Part shown: positions 1 to 12,328 of the stretch, one piece after another
How positions within the stretch are numbered: the first letter of the stretch is position 1
Layout: each line of letters opens with the position of its first letter
Source of the DNA: Chrysomallon squamiferum
Taxonomy: Eukaryota > Animalia > Mollusca
NCBI GenBank assembly: GCA_012295275.1
Contig: CM022672.1
Span: 27,032,001 to 27,096,000, forward strand
Direction: 5' to 3'
Length of the DNA stretch: 64,000 nt
Notes under the pieces: generated by a model
The model's database searches: none
What the model was told of the DNA's origin: nothing
What the model saw: only the letters and a program-made list of their open reading frames with translations
Program-made: the position numbers and the translations under genes

Positions 1-541
1 CTCCTAGTTTTATTCAGTTAATTTCAGTTTATATGTTTACAATAATAAAGCAGTCAACATAATGGAAATTTTAAAGTACTGTTTTTAACATTATTATTTT
101 AGGTTAAAATAATAATAACAATAATAATAACACATAGCAAAGTTATTTAACTTATTTATGAACAAAATAGAGATGAAGAGATTCTGATAAACGGTTAATC
201 CAGAATCCACAGATTTACTCTGTTGGTATTTAACCAAGAGGTACATTTTCCAAAGTTCAGAATTATTTCCTAGCCACATTGGACAGATTTTTAAAACATT
301 TCCTGAAAACATGAAAATAATATTGAAATTAGATTTTTAATTTAATGATTAATAATGCTATACCTGAAAAATATTTTAAAAAAAACATTTAATGTAAAAA
401 GTAATAATAAAATGTAAATATTAATAATACTGTAATGTAACTAAATCCTCAGTCATCATTTGACAGAATTACTTTCATGTAATAACTAACTGAAAAACAT
501 TCATTATGTCAGTTCACAGTTTAAAATGAACTTGTTTTCAG

Positions 542-917
542 GTACTGTGTTCTAGAATGTGTCAATCCGAAAATCCCGTGTCCTCCTGGAGCCAAGTACG
601 CCGATGTTATCCAGTTCCACACCCTGTCACTTCCCAGCGGCAACATCGCGCAGGATCTGATTCGACTGACCGCATTCAACCAGGACAACGAGATTCTGGT
701 CCACACAAATTTTAAAATTCTCGAGAACGACCCAAAGCTGGAGTTCCTCATTCGAATGGAAGCTGGCAAAGGTGTTGTGTACACGCTGGTGCCTGTCAAA
801 GATGGAGAAGTGTACAGAATTAAAGTGAAAGCGAGATCATACGACAACAAACGTCAGCATATACAATACCAGACAACATTTATAATTCACATATCCGTAT
901 CACACTGGCCTTTTTAA
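542..917 (+). CDS. HMCN1: Hemicentin (fibulin-6)-like gene, last coding exon encoding the C-terminal fibulin-type module
   Basis: Acceptor cttgttttcag ends at 541. After 1 nt the frame reads YCVLECVNPKIPCPPGAKYADVIQFHTLSLPSGNIAQDLIRLTAFNQDNEILVHTNFKILENDPKLEFLIRMEAGKGVVYTLVPVKDGEVYRIKVKARSYDNKRQHIQYQTTFIIHISVSHWPF* (TAA 915-917). It matches recalled vertebrate HMCN1 C-terminal motifs (SLP.G...QDLIRL.A, KGVVYT, YR..V.A.SY, YQTTFI..I.VS..P[YF]*). It is also a GC/CpG-rich island in AT-rich flanks. Upstream exons lie outside the window. Confidence 0.93.
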
Positions 918-1829
918 AACAATTGTCAAACATGTTAAAAATGTTTTATAGACTGTGGCTGGTTTAGGGAGTCTATGAGGATTTCCCATGTGTCCAGTTA
1001 AAAATTATTATTCTGTAAGATGTTTTATAAGATGGATGGACAGATTTCAGTTAAACTTATAAGATGTATTGGGTAAGAAAAGATACTTAATTTATACCAT
1101 AGGTCTTTTTTGTTTATTGTTACTTCGTATAATAACAAAATTATGACATTTTTGTCTCTGAAATATAAAAAAAAAATACAGTTTAATAACAGATGTTGAA
1201 GTTAGAATGAAAACTTAACTTTGCATGTTATGCTTTTATGCAGAAACATTTCTTGAATATATGTTATTATTTTTGTTGTTGTTAGTATTAATATTATTAT
1301 TATTATTATTATTATGTTGATTATGTTGATTATGGTTATTTCTTGTATTTATTTTATTTTGTTTTTAATCTTTTTAATTATTATGATATGACTTTTTTCT
1401 TCTTCTTCTTTTTTTATTTTAATAATCTTTGCTGTAGTCATTTAACATGTTTTAATGAAATATAAAATTCATATTTAACAACCAACCATTGTTTTACTGT
1501 TATTCTTAATTCTTAAATGAATATTTTGCTTGCTAGATCATTTTATTAAATAATTAAATGCTAAATATATGCTGACAATTTTGGTAGATTTTCTGTCTGT
1601 TTATAGAAATGTTTTTTAAAAAAAAAAGGAAAAAAAGATGAAATATATTTTATAGACTTAAATGCTATGTTAGATTTTTATTATTTAGAGATTGTTTAGA
1701 AAAGCAAATTCTGTATTTTATTAAGAATATATATCAGGATTGGATTCTTTAAGAAATTTACAAAATTTTATTTTTACATTGTCTTTATTGTATTTCATTG
1801 CAATATTTGCTTTGTTCATTTTGTATGTA

Positions 1830-1835
1830 AATAAA
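1830..1835 (+). terminator. Candidate polyadenylation signal of the hemicentin transcript
   Basis: AATAAA preceded by a TGTA motif (ttgtatgtaaataaaa) and followed by T/GT-rich sequence. AATAAA is common by chance here, so support is weak. Confidence 0.3.
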
Positions 1836-2057
1836 AATGGCTTTATGTTTAAATAGTTTTGGTAGTGATAATTCATGAAGATTTCCTTCTCTTCTTTTTG
1901 GTTTTTAAATTTAATTTTGCAATCAAGTGCTAATGTGTTATTATTATTTTATGATTAGATGTATTTTCTGTTTTAAATATTCTATTATTATTACTTCTTA
2001 TTTTTTCATTTTATTTGATTGATTTTTTTTTCTTTTTGTAATATATATATATTTCTA

Positions 2058-2103
<46 letters not shown>

Positions 2104-2203
2104 TTGTCAGTTAAAATAATTACTTTTAAGTTCTGATGTTATGAAAAAACAGACTATTATTAAAAAAACTATAAATAATGCATGATTTTGTTTTTCTCTT
2201 TCA

Positions 2204-2253
<50 letters not shown>

Positions 2254-3140
2254 GTGTAGCTTTATATTTTAAATTTAATTAGACATTTAAAAAAAAATTA
2301 TATAATGAAAGTAAGACTCTCTTTTTTGGTCTTTATGTTTTAAAATAATTTCAAGAAAAACTAATTTCATTTATGTTCATTATAATAAAATCTTTTAAAG
2401 TGATGTTATTGTTGATTTTTTATATATCATAGTAATGCATGAAACAATTATTCTACACTTTTCAACCAATCTTCAAACATGGGAACAGAAAAATGTTTTT
2501 TGGGGGGGAGGATGGGATAGTAAGAAATTTATTTGTACTCAGTGATATCAGTTTAATCAAAATTAGTCTGCCAGTTGTCAATTATTATGTATCAGTTTAT
2601 TACCTATCATGTGAAAGTTTGTCAAAATATAAGTGAGTTAAACCTGATTTTTTTTTTTTTTTTCAATTTAAACCAAAGATGTGACGTTGATTTGAATATG
2701 TCATTAATTTTTTAAATTTTAGCACATAATTGACTTGTACGTAAATGCTCCAAAAATTGTAAGAAAATAAAGATAAAAAAGTCTGTTAAAAATTTTACTT
2801 CCAGTGAAATATATGCACAATTTATTGAATTTCCACTAAGAAATTTTGAACCAGAGTCATAACCTAAATGAATAATAAACTAAAATTAAAAAATTCACTG
2901 AAACATTTCCTTTCATAATAATTAGATGAGAAATGAAGATAATATATGATCATCTGTATTACTTTTGTCATCATTAATACACTTCATTGGGTTTTAAATA
3001 AAAATACTTTTTTTGTTTTCTATTTTATTATTATTATTTTTTTTTATTATTATTATTATTTTTCCTTGGAGACAGGCTACATTCATCAATCAGAATTCTG
3101 AAAGTGAAAAAATAAACAGACTCTGAACTATAACAAATCA

Positions 3141-3146
3141 TTTATT
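3141..3146 (-). terminator. Candidate polyadenylation signal of the minus-strand C1orf21-like transcript
   Basis: tttatt on + (AATAAA on -) at the left edge of a region that reads like a reverse-strand 3' UTR. It would imply a ~6 kb 3' UTR. Inference only. Confidence 0.25.
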
Positions 3147-3401
3147 TGTCTGAACAATTTCAAGACAGTTGAATGAATCCTTGAAAAGCTGAAAATAATA
3201 AATAAATAAACAACCAGTGATGTACAATTTGACAATTCATAAATACAAGTCAAAAACTTTTTAGTACGATGCAATTAAATAAACAACATTGGAAATTCAG
3301 TCAGACATTTCACTAGAAATAGCATCCCAGTGGAACATATTCTTTATATTCATATTCATATACATTTTCATATAGATATATATATATACATATACATATA
3401 G

Positions 3402-3436
<35 letters not shown>

Positions 3437-4894
3437 CACTTTATCATGCACCACTAAAAAGATTTGAATTAGCCTAAATGAAAATAATAATATATATATA
3501 TTTTCTAATGTAGTCATTTACAAAGTTTATGCAATATTCAAAGAGCATTTTTCCTAATTGCTTATGATTTAAAGGTACTTATACTCTACATATAGAAAGC
3601 AAATTAAATGTCTTCCTTCCATTAGAATCATTTAGCAGTGAATTAGAATTAAAACAGTTATTTGTCTATTGGGTTTAGTAATATTTAGAGATTTAAGCCC
3701 AGTGTGTTACCCACTAAATAAACAGAGATTTTTTAAAGGTTTCAGTCAGCATGTTATGCCTTAAAAAATCTCTATAACATTCAATGATAACTAAAATTAT
3801 AACTTTAAATAAAAAAATTAATATCTTCTATTGGGTATTCTGTGTGGATTTAATTTTGCTATAAATACATAGAAGGGAAGAATTCTTTCTTTGGTTACTG
3901 AATAATTACAGAAAGTTACATATCTCTTCCAATGATAAATTGGACACAAATTTGCATGCAAAATCTAGTTTCTTCAGAAATTTAATTAATGAAGTATGAT
4001 TTGTTTTTAATTAAATTTGTGAAATAAAATTATATGCAAACATACAATTTTTAAAAAGTGACAAAATAATAAAACATTACTAACAAGTGATATTAAAATT
4101 TTAAACAAATATTTCTTCATTATTCTTATAAGCATATTAATTTGGATGACAAACAACCACAAAAAGCACAGACAGTTAATCATTACCAATGAAATTTACC
4201 ATCAGAATCAAATGTTTCTGTTTTTTAAAAATCTTTAAATTGTATAAAGATAAAAATCAATAATACCAGACATAAAAATGAAGATATATATGAATGCCCA
4301 GTATAAATGAAACATGACTTTCACAGGATACAAATTAACATACAAATGAAGATTTAACAATGTTTGATATAAATATTAGTACTGGGTTATACATGACAGA
4401 TACAAATGAACAATTCTTGACATACAAATGTGGATTTAACAATATTTCATATCCCCATGTAAATGAAAAGGTACTATTATAATACATAACACAAGATACA
4501 AATTAAAAATATCTTAGATATAAATAAAGTATTAATGATAATGTATCACCACAGTTATAAGTGATACATACCTGTTCAACGATAAATGACAAAGTTATCC
4601 AGTAAGAATATTATGTACATAGGTATTTAGCAAACACAAATAAAATTATTTGAAATCTGAATAATGTAAGTACAATATATTACATGTGTACTAAATCTTT
4701 TTCCTTTAATTTTGTGCAACATTATCACAGACATACATTAAGTGTGAAAAATAACATATATTCTGGTTTGTCTAGAAACAATTATTATGAAAAAGAAAAA
4801 AATCTCCATGTAATTCTTTTATACAAATCAGATGTACAAATAATTCCAATAATCACTTGCTGCATTAAAGCTCCAAGAGTAGAAAAATAAAATA

Positions 4895-5100
4895 GTTTCT
4901 GAAAACATTTAACTGAAAAAATGTTCTGAAATCATTAACAGAAATGACTATTTTCTGAAAAACATTTAAGAAAAATCTATATTTTCTGAAAAACATTTAA
5001 GAGAAAAACAGCACTTCTTGAAAACATTTAACAGAAAAACAATATTTTCTGAAAACATTTAACAGAATTTTTTAATTTTTTTCTGAAAATATTTTTAACA
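4895..5100. repeat. Degenerate ~30-bp tandem repeat (core ttttctgaaaacatttaacagaaa)
   Basis: About 6-7 copies of ctgaaaa(a)cattta seen directly. Confidence 0.75.
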
Positions 5101-5341
5101 AATTAGAAAATATATTTTGTTGGCCATTGATTTTGAAATTATGTATTGCAGCTGATTTATTCACAGACAACTTAGGTTGAAATGATAATAAAATCACCAA
5201 TAAAAGGGACATTTTTTTAAAAAATCAGACTGAACTTGGTAAACTAAAGCAGTTAATAGAAACACAGACAGATTGCAATTTTATGATAAATAAAAAAATT
5301 TCAGTTTTATATTTGAATTTGGATGACATGAACAATTTAAG

Positions 5342-5344
<3 letters not shown>

Positions 5345-5390
<46 letters not shown>

Positions 5391-5760
5391 TGATAAATAA
5401 CTGAAAATATAAATAAAAAATATATATAAAAATAAAAAAAAAAATATATATAAAAAAAAAAAAAAAAAAAAAATCAAATATTTGTTTTTTTTTTGATTTT
5501 AATTTAATTTAATTTTAAATTTAATAATTAAATTTTAAAAAATAAATAAATAAATAAATAAATAACATAAAATAAAAATTTAAATTTAAAAATAAATAAA
5601 TAAAATAAATAATAAAATTAAATTGAATTGAATTAAATAAAATAAAATAAAATAAAATAAAATAAAATAAAATTAAATTAAATTAAATTAAATTAAATTA
5701 AATTAAATTAAATTAAATTAAAATTAGAATAAAATAAACTTATAATAAACAAATAATAAT
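5345..5760. repeat. (TA)n followed by an almost G/C-free low-complexity tract with (AAAAT)n then (AAATT)n
   Basis: Seen directly. Confidence 0.9.
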
Positions 5761-7762
5761 TTTATGAACTTTTTATTCCATACTGCAAAAAATGACATTT
5801 ATGCTTCAGTGTTGCTGCATATGAAATTCATTTTATGACTGAAATGTGTTCGTTACAATGATTGTTTTAGCACAGCTGTTATCTGTGATAATCTCTAATA
5901 ATGAGAAAAAATATACTGATGAACAAAATACACTAATCAGTGCACAAAATTTTATTTTCAGAAATCTTAATGATAATCATAAAAATTGATATCAGAGTTT
6001 TTTTCTGAGTTTTTAACTTTCAGAATTCTGAATATTGTTCCTGAATAATATTGCGAATAAGTCATGAATTACTGTGAATAATAGTCTTGAATCCTGAATG
6101 GTTTTCTTATATTTAAACTTATGATATTCACTAATGACCAAAAGTAAAATTTTAGGCTAAGATATGCTCATATGTATTAATGTAAGTTTCAATTGTTTTT
6201 TGGGTTGTTTTTTCCCATGATACCCTGTTATGAACAGAATTCAAAAAAATGTTTACTTCTTATATAATCTGAATGATTATGAGTGTATGTACATGTGTAT
6301 GTATGTGTGTACATGTTTGATTGTTTGTTTGCTTTTAGTGTAGTGATTTTACAGTTATCAACTATAGTGTGCCAAAAAACCAAACAATTTTAGGCTGTGG
6401 GTTTTTGTTTCAAATTTTCACATACAATTTTTCTTCCTATGTACATTTAATTTCTAACTGAATATTGACCAGTGATCTTTTACCTCATACTTAATTATAT
6501 TATTGTCCAACATTTTTTATAAATTTTTTGTTATGTTACTAAATAATAAAAATTATAATATCAAGCTGAAATTAAAAAAAATAAAGAAAAACTGAAGTTT
6601 AGAAATAAATTTTTAATAAACAGTTATGAAGTTGTTTTATTTTTACACCATATACAAAACAAGACAAAATATTTAAGAACTTATTCATAGATATCTTCAT
6701 ATTTTTATTTTTGTTACAAACTGTATATACCATCACTGTTATGTTTGGTAAGTGAGAGTTTGCTATTCATAATTTTAAACATGTACACTGCACACTGTTA
6801 TAGTTCAGTGCCTTTGTGAACACAGAGGAAGCCATGCATTTAAAATAACATTTTTAAAAATTAAATATACTTACATCACTAGTTTTTATCCTTTTATTTT
6901 TCAGAAATCAATTTTAAAAAATGTCTAAGCATGGGACCCTTAAGTTAAATCAATGAATTTTATAGTATAGTTATGAAAATGTATACATTATAAATATATA
7001 TTTGTCATCATTTGACCTCTGTTTTCATAATGTTGCAAGGAGACTACTGCCCAAAGTGAGAATGGTAGAATTAGATAAAATGATAACTAAAATAAATAAT
7101 ATGTCACAAACATTCCAGTGATAGCTATAACATCCTAAAAAAATTGTATAAAAAAACCCCCATTATAATGAAAAAATTAAATAAAAATAATAAAATAAAA
7201 ACATAAAAATTAATAAGAGAAATAAATATTTTTTCTCTGTTATGAAGCCATTGTGGAACTGACTATGAATATTTATCAGCTGCAGGTTTTCTATAATATT
7301 TATTTAATGATGATGATAGCAGGAATGTACTGATGGATCACAGATGAAAAATAAGCTATGGAAAAAATAAATTAAGATATCTATAGTTCAGGGGAAATAA
7401 AACTGACTTTGTCAGGCGTTTGGTATCAGCAAATTGAAACTGTATCAGAACAGGCTGATGTACTTGTTAATCCTTTTAATAAATCAGAACCAGTCTACAT
7501 CCATCTACATCCAATCTACACATAATTTACATTCAGCCAAGTACTAAAACATTTGAAAAAAAACAACATAAAATATTTATAATGATTTTCTGACATACAA
7601 GCATATACACAACTTCCATTCAAAGGATTTTGAAAAATAGCAGATATGTAGCTGTTACAGATAAATAATTATACATGAAAGAGTTTACTGTGAACTGCAT
7701 TATTAAACTACTAATAATAACTTATTACATATTAGTTATTAAATAAACCCAGACACATCCTC

Positions 7763-7797
<35 letters not shown>

Positions 7798-9317
7798 AAC
7801 ACTTACTTGTATGTACGTTTGTATAATGTACGTAAGTATATATATGTATATAAGTATCTATGTACATTTAATAAGTCATTCAAAGGAATGCAGTTTACAT
7901 TAAATAATTAATTAGACTTTAAATTATTCATTTCAAATTTGTTTTAAAAATTAATACTGTTTTTCTAAAGAACATTATTGTAAAATCTTACTAAAGGGTG
8001 CAGTTTGTGCACAAAGAAATATTTTAAATATTCATTCCAGCATTGTGACTAACAATTTGTCTGAACAAAAAAATGTATAAGGAACTAAATGAATTATTCC
8101 AGTGCTCTAGCAAAAACAGATACATACACATTTCTAATACATGAGTTAAAAGGGATGCAGTTTACATATTGACAGCTGGTTTTGATTATGTATAAAGCAA
8201 CAACAATGGCATTGTATTCCCATTGTCCATGCATAGTAACAGCAGAATAACAATGAATGAAGTTTTGTAGCCAGTACAGAAAACATACAAATAAACTTAG
8301 CAAACATGAGATCAAAGGAAAATATTTTTGTTCTGACAGAATCAAATAAATATTATTATCAAACCAGTTTTATAATAAAATCTATAATTTTGTTGAGTTT
8401 GTAATATAATTATATCTGTTGTACCAAAGACAAACATTTTGTACTTTTATTCTTTCTTCACTGCTGATGTCACGTGACTTTCTCAAAGGGAGATCATCAG
8501 GTGAAGGCTGGGCACCATGACAACATACATATATGACAATAAACACTTAACTGTGCTGTGTTACAACTTTGTTATTGTAAAGATCCAGTGACAGTCTCAG
8601 GCGACATCTTGAAAAGTTTCATGAAACTTTGACAGATCTGTCCATTACTGGTAACGTACCAGAATTAGCAGAAAGCTAGTTTTAGAAGTGTATCTGTTAA
8701 ATACAATTTCACTCTATACTTTTCACTGTATATTTTATGTTTATATAAATTCCTGGTCCAGAGAACTGGAAGATCCATAATCCATGTCACAATCCAGTCC
8801 CAAGCTTCTTGAATAAATGAGTGATACCATAAAAATCTATTTCTTATCTCAGTCAATAATCCATTATCCAAAATCCAAACTATTAATAACAAAGAATCTA
8901 TCTGCCTAAACCATAATTTAAATAATTATGTAAAGGGTATATTAATTTTAATTAGTATAGTGACTGTTTTTCTTACATTTTGTATTCAACATGTTTATGG
9001 TATAATTTCTTTAGAACTGAACTTAAAGACTACTGCCTGGTATCTATCACATGTTTTGGATAAACGTTAGTTGATCTGTACATATACAGTACTTTTTACA
9101 AATTTACAAATGAAAATCCCTGAATGATGAAGACCTGAAAACAGTGAAAATATCAAAGCATGCAGGATATTTAAAAAAAGAAAGTAATTAGCTACATTTT
9201 ATTAAAGGTATCTACATGACTTAGGCAAAGAATGAACAATGAGTGAAATTGTTTTCATTATAGCAGTTTGAATTATAAAAACAGTGTTAAAGTTTATGCT
9301 TGAATAAACACTGATAC

Positions 9318-9356
9318 TCAGTCATCAGATTCTGAATGAGAAAAGTAATCTCGACC
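9318..9356 (-). CDS. C1orf21: C1orf21/DUF4612-like gene, coding exon 5 (last): GRDYFSHSESDD*
   Basis: Minus-strand acceptor ttttttcttttcag, phase 0, 39 nt ending in TGA (9320-9318). Compare the recalled human C-terminus GRDYCSEEEDIT*. Confidence 0.92.
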   Translation of the reverse strand, partial: GRDYFSHSESDD

Positions 9357-9633
9357 CTGAAAAGAAAAAATAATAATAGTAATTTTAATTAAAAACACTA
9401 ATCATAATTGATTTCAAATATTTCAAAATCAAAGCAGTAAAATATTAAATATATTTTTAAAATTATTTTATTGTTTTGTAATTTAAAAAGAAAAAGGAGT
9501 AAAATTTTCTAATCAATAATTTAAAAACATACATATATATGTAAAATTGTAGAATATCAATATAATTTGGACAAAACTATAACTAGGCTCATTGAGAGCT
9601 ATTTAATCCACATTGATATATAATAGAATTAGT

Positions 9634-9680
<47 letters not shown>

Positions 9681-10783
9681 AGCATTGAGATATTTATATA
9701 TTATAAAATATATATTATTGAGATATTTTATTTAATAAAAAGTGTAAAATTTAACTTTATTTATTGTATTTAATTACAAAACCAACTTACTGTTATATAT
9801 ATATAATACTGGGAGTAACCACTGTTTAAATTTTAATATTTTTATTTTATTTTATTTATTTATTTACTTACTAACTTACTTATTTGTTTATTTAGTTATC
9901 TATTTATTTACATTATTTTTTATATTATTATCTATTATTTTTTTATTATTTTTGTATTATTGCAATATAATTTATTTATTTATTTATATTTTTTATATTA
10001 TTATTTATTGTTTTTTTTATTATTTACTTTTTATATTATTGCAATATTATTTATTTATTTATTTATCTTTATTTTTATTTATTATATAAGTACATTCTAT
10101 GAAGGTATGTTAATGAAATTATAATCACTGTACAGTTTGTTACAGAAAACTCAGGGTCAACATAAACACTAGTATCACTTCTGTGTCTGTAACAGTGATC
10201 TATAATTGATTACTAATGGATGATAATCCTGGATGCTGGTTTTCTTTTAGCTTTAATTATAAGCTTATCAAACAAATTCCTATCCTTCTGTTCTTTACTG
10301 CCAAGTTTGAGGGGGTAGATTCCAAAGAAAAGATGCAAAATGGCTGACTATGTCTAACACAAATTATTGTGTGATTTTTTTATTCATTTGAGTAATCAAA
10401 GTTTAAATAGCTAAATTAATTTATAACTATGTTTGAGTGGATTATTGTAAACATGGTGTATGTACATTTGTATAAATAAAATACATAATTATTATAATTA
10501 TTATATGTTAATATTGTTCATATTATTTGAAATAAAATTCTGATTTGTAGTTATTGAACATTATTTTGTAGTTATGTAAAATGAATTTTAACAGTTGTGT
10601 TATCTGTTGCAAGCTGCATTAATAATATGTGTAAACAGTGTTGGGATTGGTTCTGTACAATTAACTGATTATATCTATTTGTGTGTGTTTATATGTGTTA
10701 GGTGTGTGTATTGGAGGTGTTTGTGTGACTGGGGTGTATATGTGTGGGTGTGTTGGGGGGGTGTATATTTGTTGTTTTCTTAC

Positions 10784-10838
10784 ACTTTCAATCTTTTCAT
10801 CCAGCAGTCGAAAAAATTCCACCTGGCTGCTTGTGATT
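10784..10838 (-). CDS. C1orf21: C1orf21/DUF4612-like gene, coding exon 4: (G)ITSSQVEFFRLLDEKIES
   Basis: Acceptor tttttgtttttacag, donor AGT|gtaaga, 55 nt, phase 2->0. Matches the family signature (recalled human ISESQQEFFRMLDEKIEK). Confidence 0.94.
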
Positions 10839-11483
10839 CTGTAAAAACAAAAACACAAACAGAATTAATGGCTAATGAAAGCTATTTGACAGAATGAGAA
10901 ACAGATATTGAGAGTGAGAGAAAAAACCCAGAATGAAAGTCACAGATAAACAATGAAAGAAAAATAGCATGTTAGAGAGTGAAAGAAAAGAATGAGTCTT
11001 GAAGAAAAGAACATGAAATAGATAAAAGAAAAGAGGTTATTAACTTTTTTCTCTTTCTGTACATGACCATAATTATAGGAAAACCAGTGTACACAGCTTG
11101 TGAAAACAGTAATAAAGTAAGAACACTTTGCTGTTTACTGACAGTCCAAGTTTGTGTCATTAACACTTTTATTGGAACAAAAATCAATACTTTATCTATT
11201 TTAGAACAATAGCTTAATAAGAAGACAAAGGATCAATGGGTGTGGAGCATTAATGACCAGTGACACAAAATGCATTTCTATCATCCACTTAAACTCTCAG
11301 AATAGCCACTGGCTTCACAATAGAGAAAGCTATATATATACGTGGAGAGTAGGGAAAAGGGACATAACTCTCTTTTGTCAAAGAATATCGTGTTAGCAAA
11401 CATACATAGGATAAAACATTTATTTGATTTGTTAATTTGCTTATATTTGCCTGCATGAAAATGCGTAAATATAAAAAAGAATA

Positions 11484-12188
11484 TACTGAACCAAAAAAGT
11501 TTAGCAATTATGTACAAGAAATGAAATACAAACAACCTGATTGGATGTTGAATTTATTTGTACACATTATTTCACTGATACAGCATTTCTGGATGTAGCT
11601 GGCAGTAACATGTTGTCACAGTGTCAATGTTGTTACTTTAATGTCAACTGATGAAATAGACAGGTACATATATCAAAATGGTGAGAGAGGCTCAATAATG
11701 TGTGTGTGCACCAGCAGCATTGATGACAGCAGCACAACCTTGTCTCATGTTTCTAATGAGAACATTAATCTCAGGAACAGAAATTGATTTTGCATTTCCG
11801 GTTCAGAGCAAGTTGTAGGTCATGGACATTAAGGATATGAGGATGGTTCTTACGTACCCTACGGCCCAGTAGGTCCCTAGTAGGGGACAAGTCAGGGGAC
11901 TTTGGTGGCCAGTTCAACACTTGGATGTGGGTCTACTCAAGAAGATTAGTGTTAACCTAGTGGTGAGTGGTCTAGCATTGTCATGTTGAAACAGAAATCC
12001 AGGATGCTGCTGAAAGAATGGAATGACCTCTAGAGTAATGACCTTGTCGCAGTAACATTGAGCTGTCATGTTTTTGTGAATGAAAACGAGATCTATTTTA
12101 CCACCACCATGAATACCAGGCTAGACCATGAATTTATTTGGAAACATCAGTCATTTACAAAAACTTGCTAAACTTTTTTGGTTAAGTA
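11484..12188 (-). mobile_element. Internally deleted Tc1/mariner DNA transposon (705 bp) with 24-bp TIRs and TA target-site duplication
   Basis: Left TIR tactgaaccaaaaaagtttagcaa (11484-11507) and right TIR ttgctaaacttttttggttaagta (12165-12188) differ by 1 mismatch. TA flanks at 11482-83 and 12189-90. Contains a transposase remnant. Confidence 0.9.
11692..12129 (-). pseudogene. Decayed Tc1-family (DD34E-type) transposase, C-terminal catalytic part
   Basis: Translates MV*PGIHGGGKIDLVFIHKNMTAQCYCDKVITLEVIPFFQQHPGFLFQHDNARPLTTRLT.../HIQVLNWPPKSPDLSP..DLLGRRVR.../..LIRNMRQGCAAVINAAGAHTHY*. Tc1 motifs MVW, FQxDNAxxH, WPxxSPDLxP and a GxxTxY*-like end are recognisable. It has one stop, two frameshifts and a small deletion removing the catalytic E. 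Confidence 0.92.
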
Positions 12189-12266
12189 TATTTCTGTTTG
12201 GGTGCTGGAACGTGGAGACTGGTGGGAAGCAGTTTTGTTGTACTGATACAGCACTGATGTACTCAC

Positions 12267-12328
12267 CCTCCTGTCTGATTCTGTAGTGATGGTGTTTTAT
12301 CTTTGGTAGCCGTCACTGCTTTAGATTC
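12267..12328 (-). CDS. C1orf21: C1orf21/DUF4612-like gene, coding exon 3: ESKAVTATKDKTPSLQNQTG(G)
   Basis: Acceptor ttggttttatttttcag, donor GG|gtgagt, 62 nt, phase 0->2. It bridges exactly the phases of exons 2 and 4. Confidence 0.85.

Noticed and set aside
94-312. Minus-strand ORF with an acceptor-like tttcatgttttcag inside the last hemicentin intron
   Set aside because: No recognisable homology or partner donor; insufficient support for an antisense exon.
521-850. 109-aa minus-strand ORF
   Set aside because: Antisense shadow of the hemicentin exon.
9120-9150. Acceptor-like ctgttttcag on the minus strand in the 3' UTR (possible alternative last exon)
   Set aside because: No conserved peptide follows, and the exon at 9356 already supplies the family's GRDY terminus.
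11335-11480. cgtggagagtagggaaaagggacata next to a TA run, reminiscent of a DNA-transposon end
   Set aside because: No matching inverted partner found in the window.
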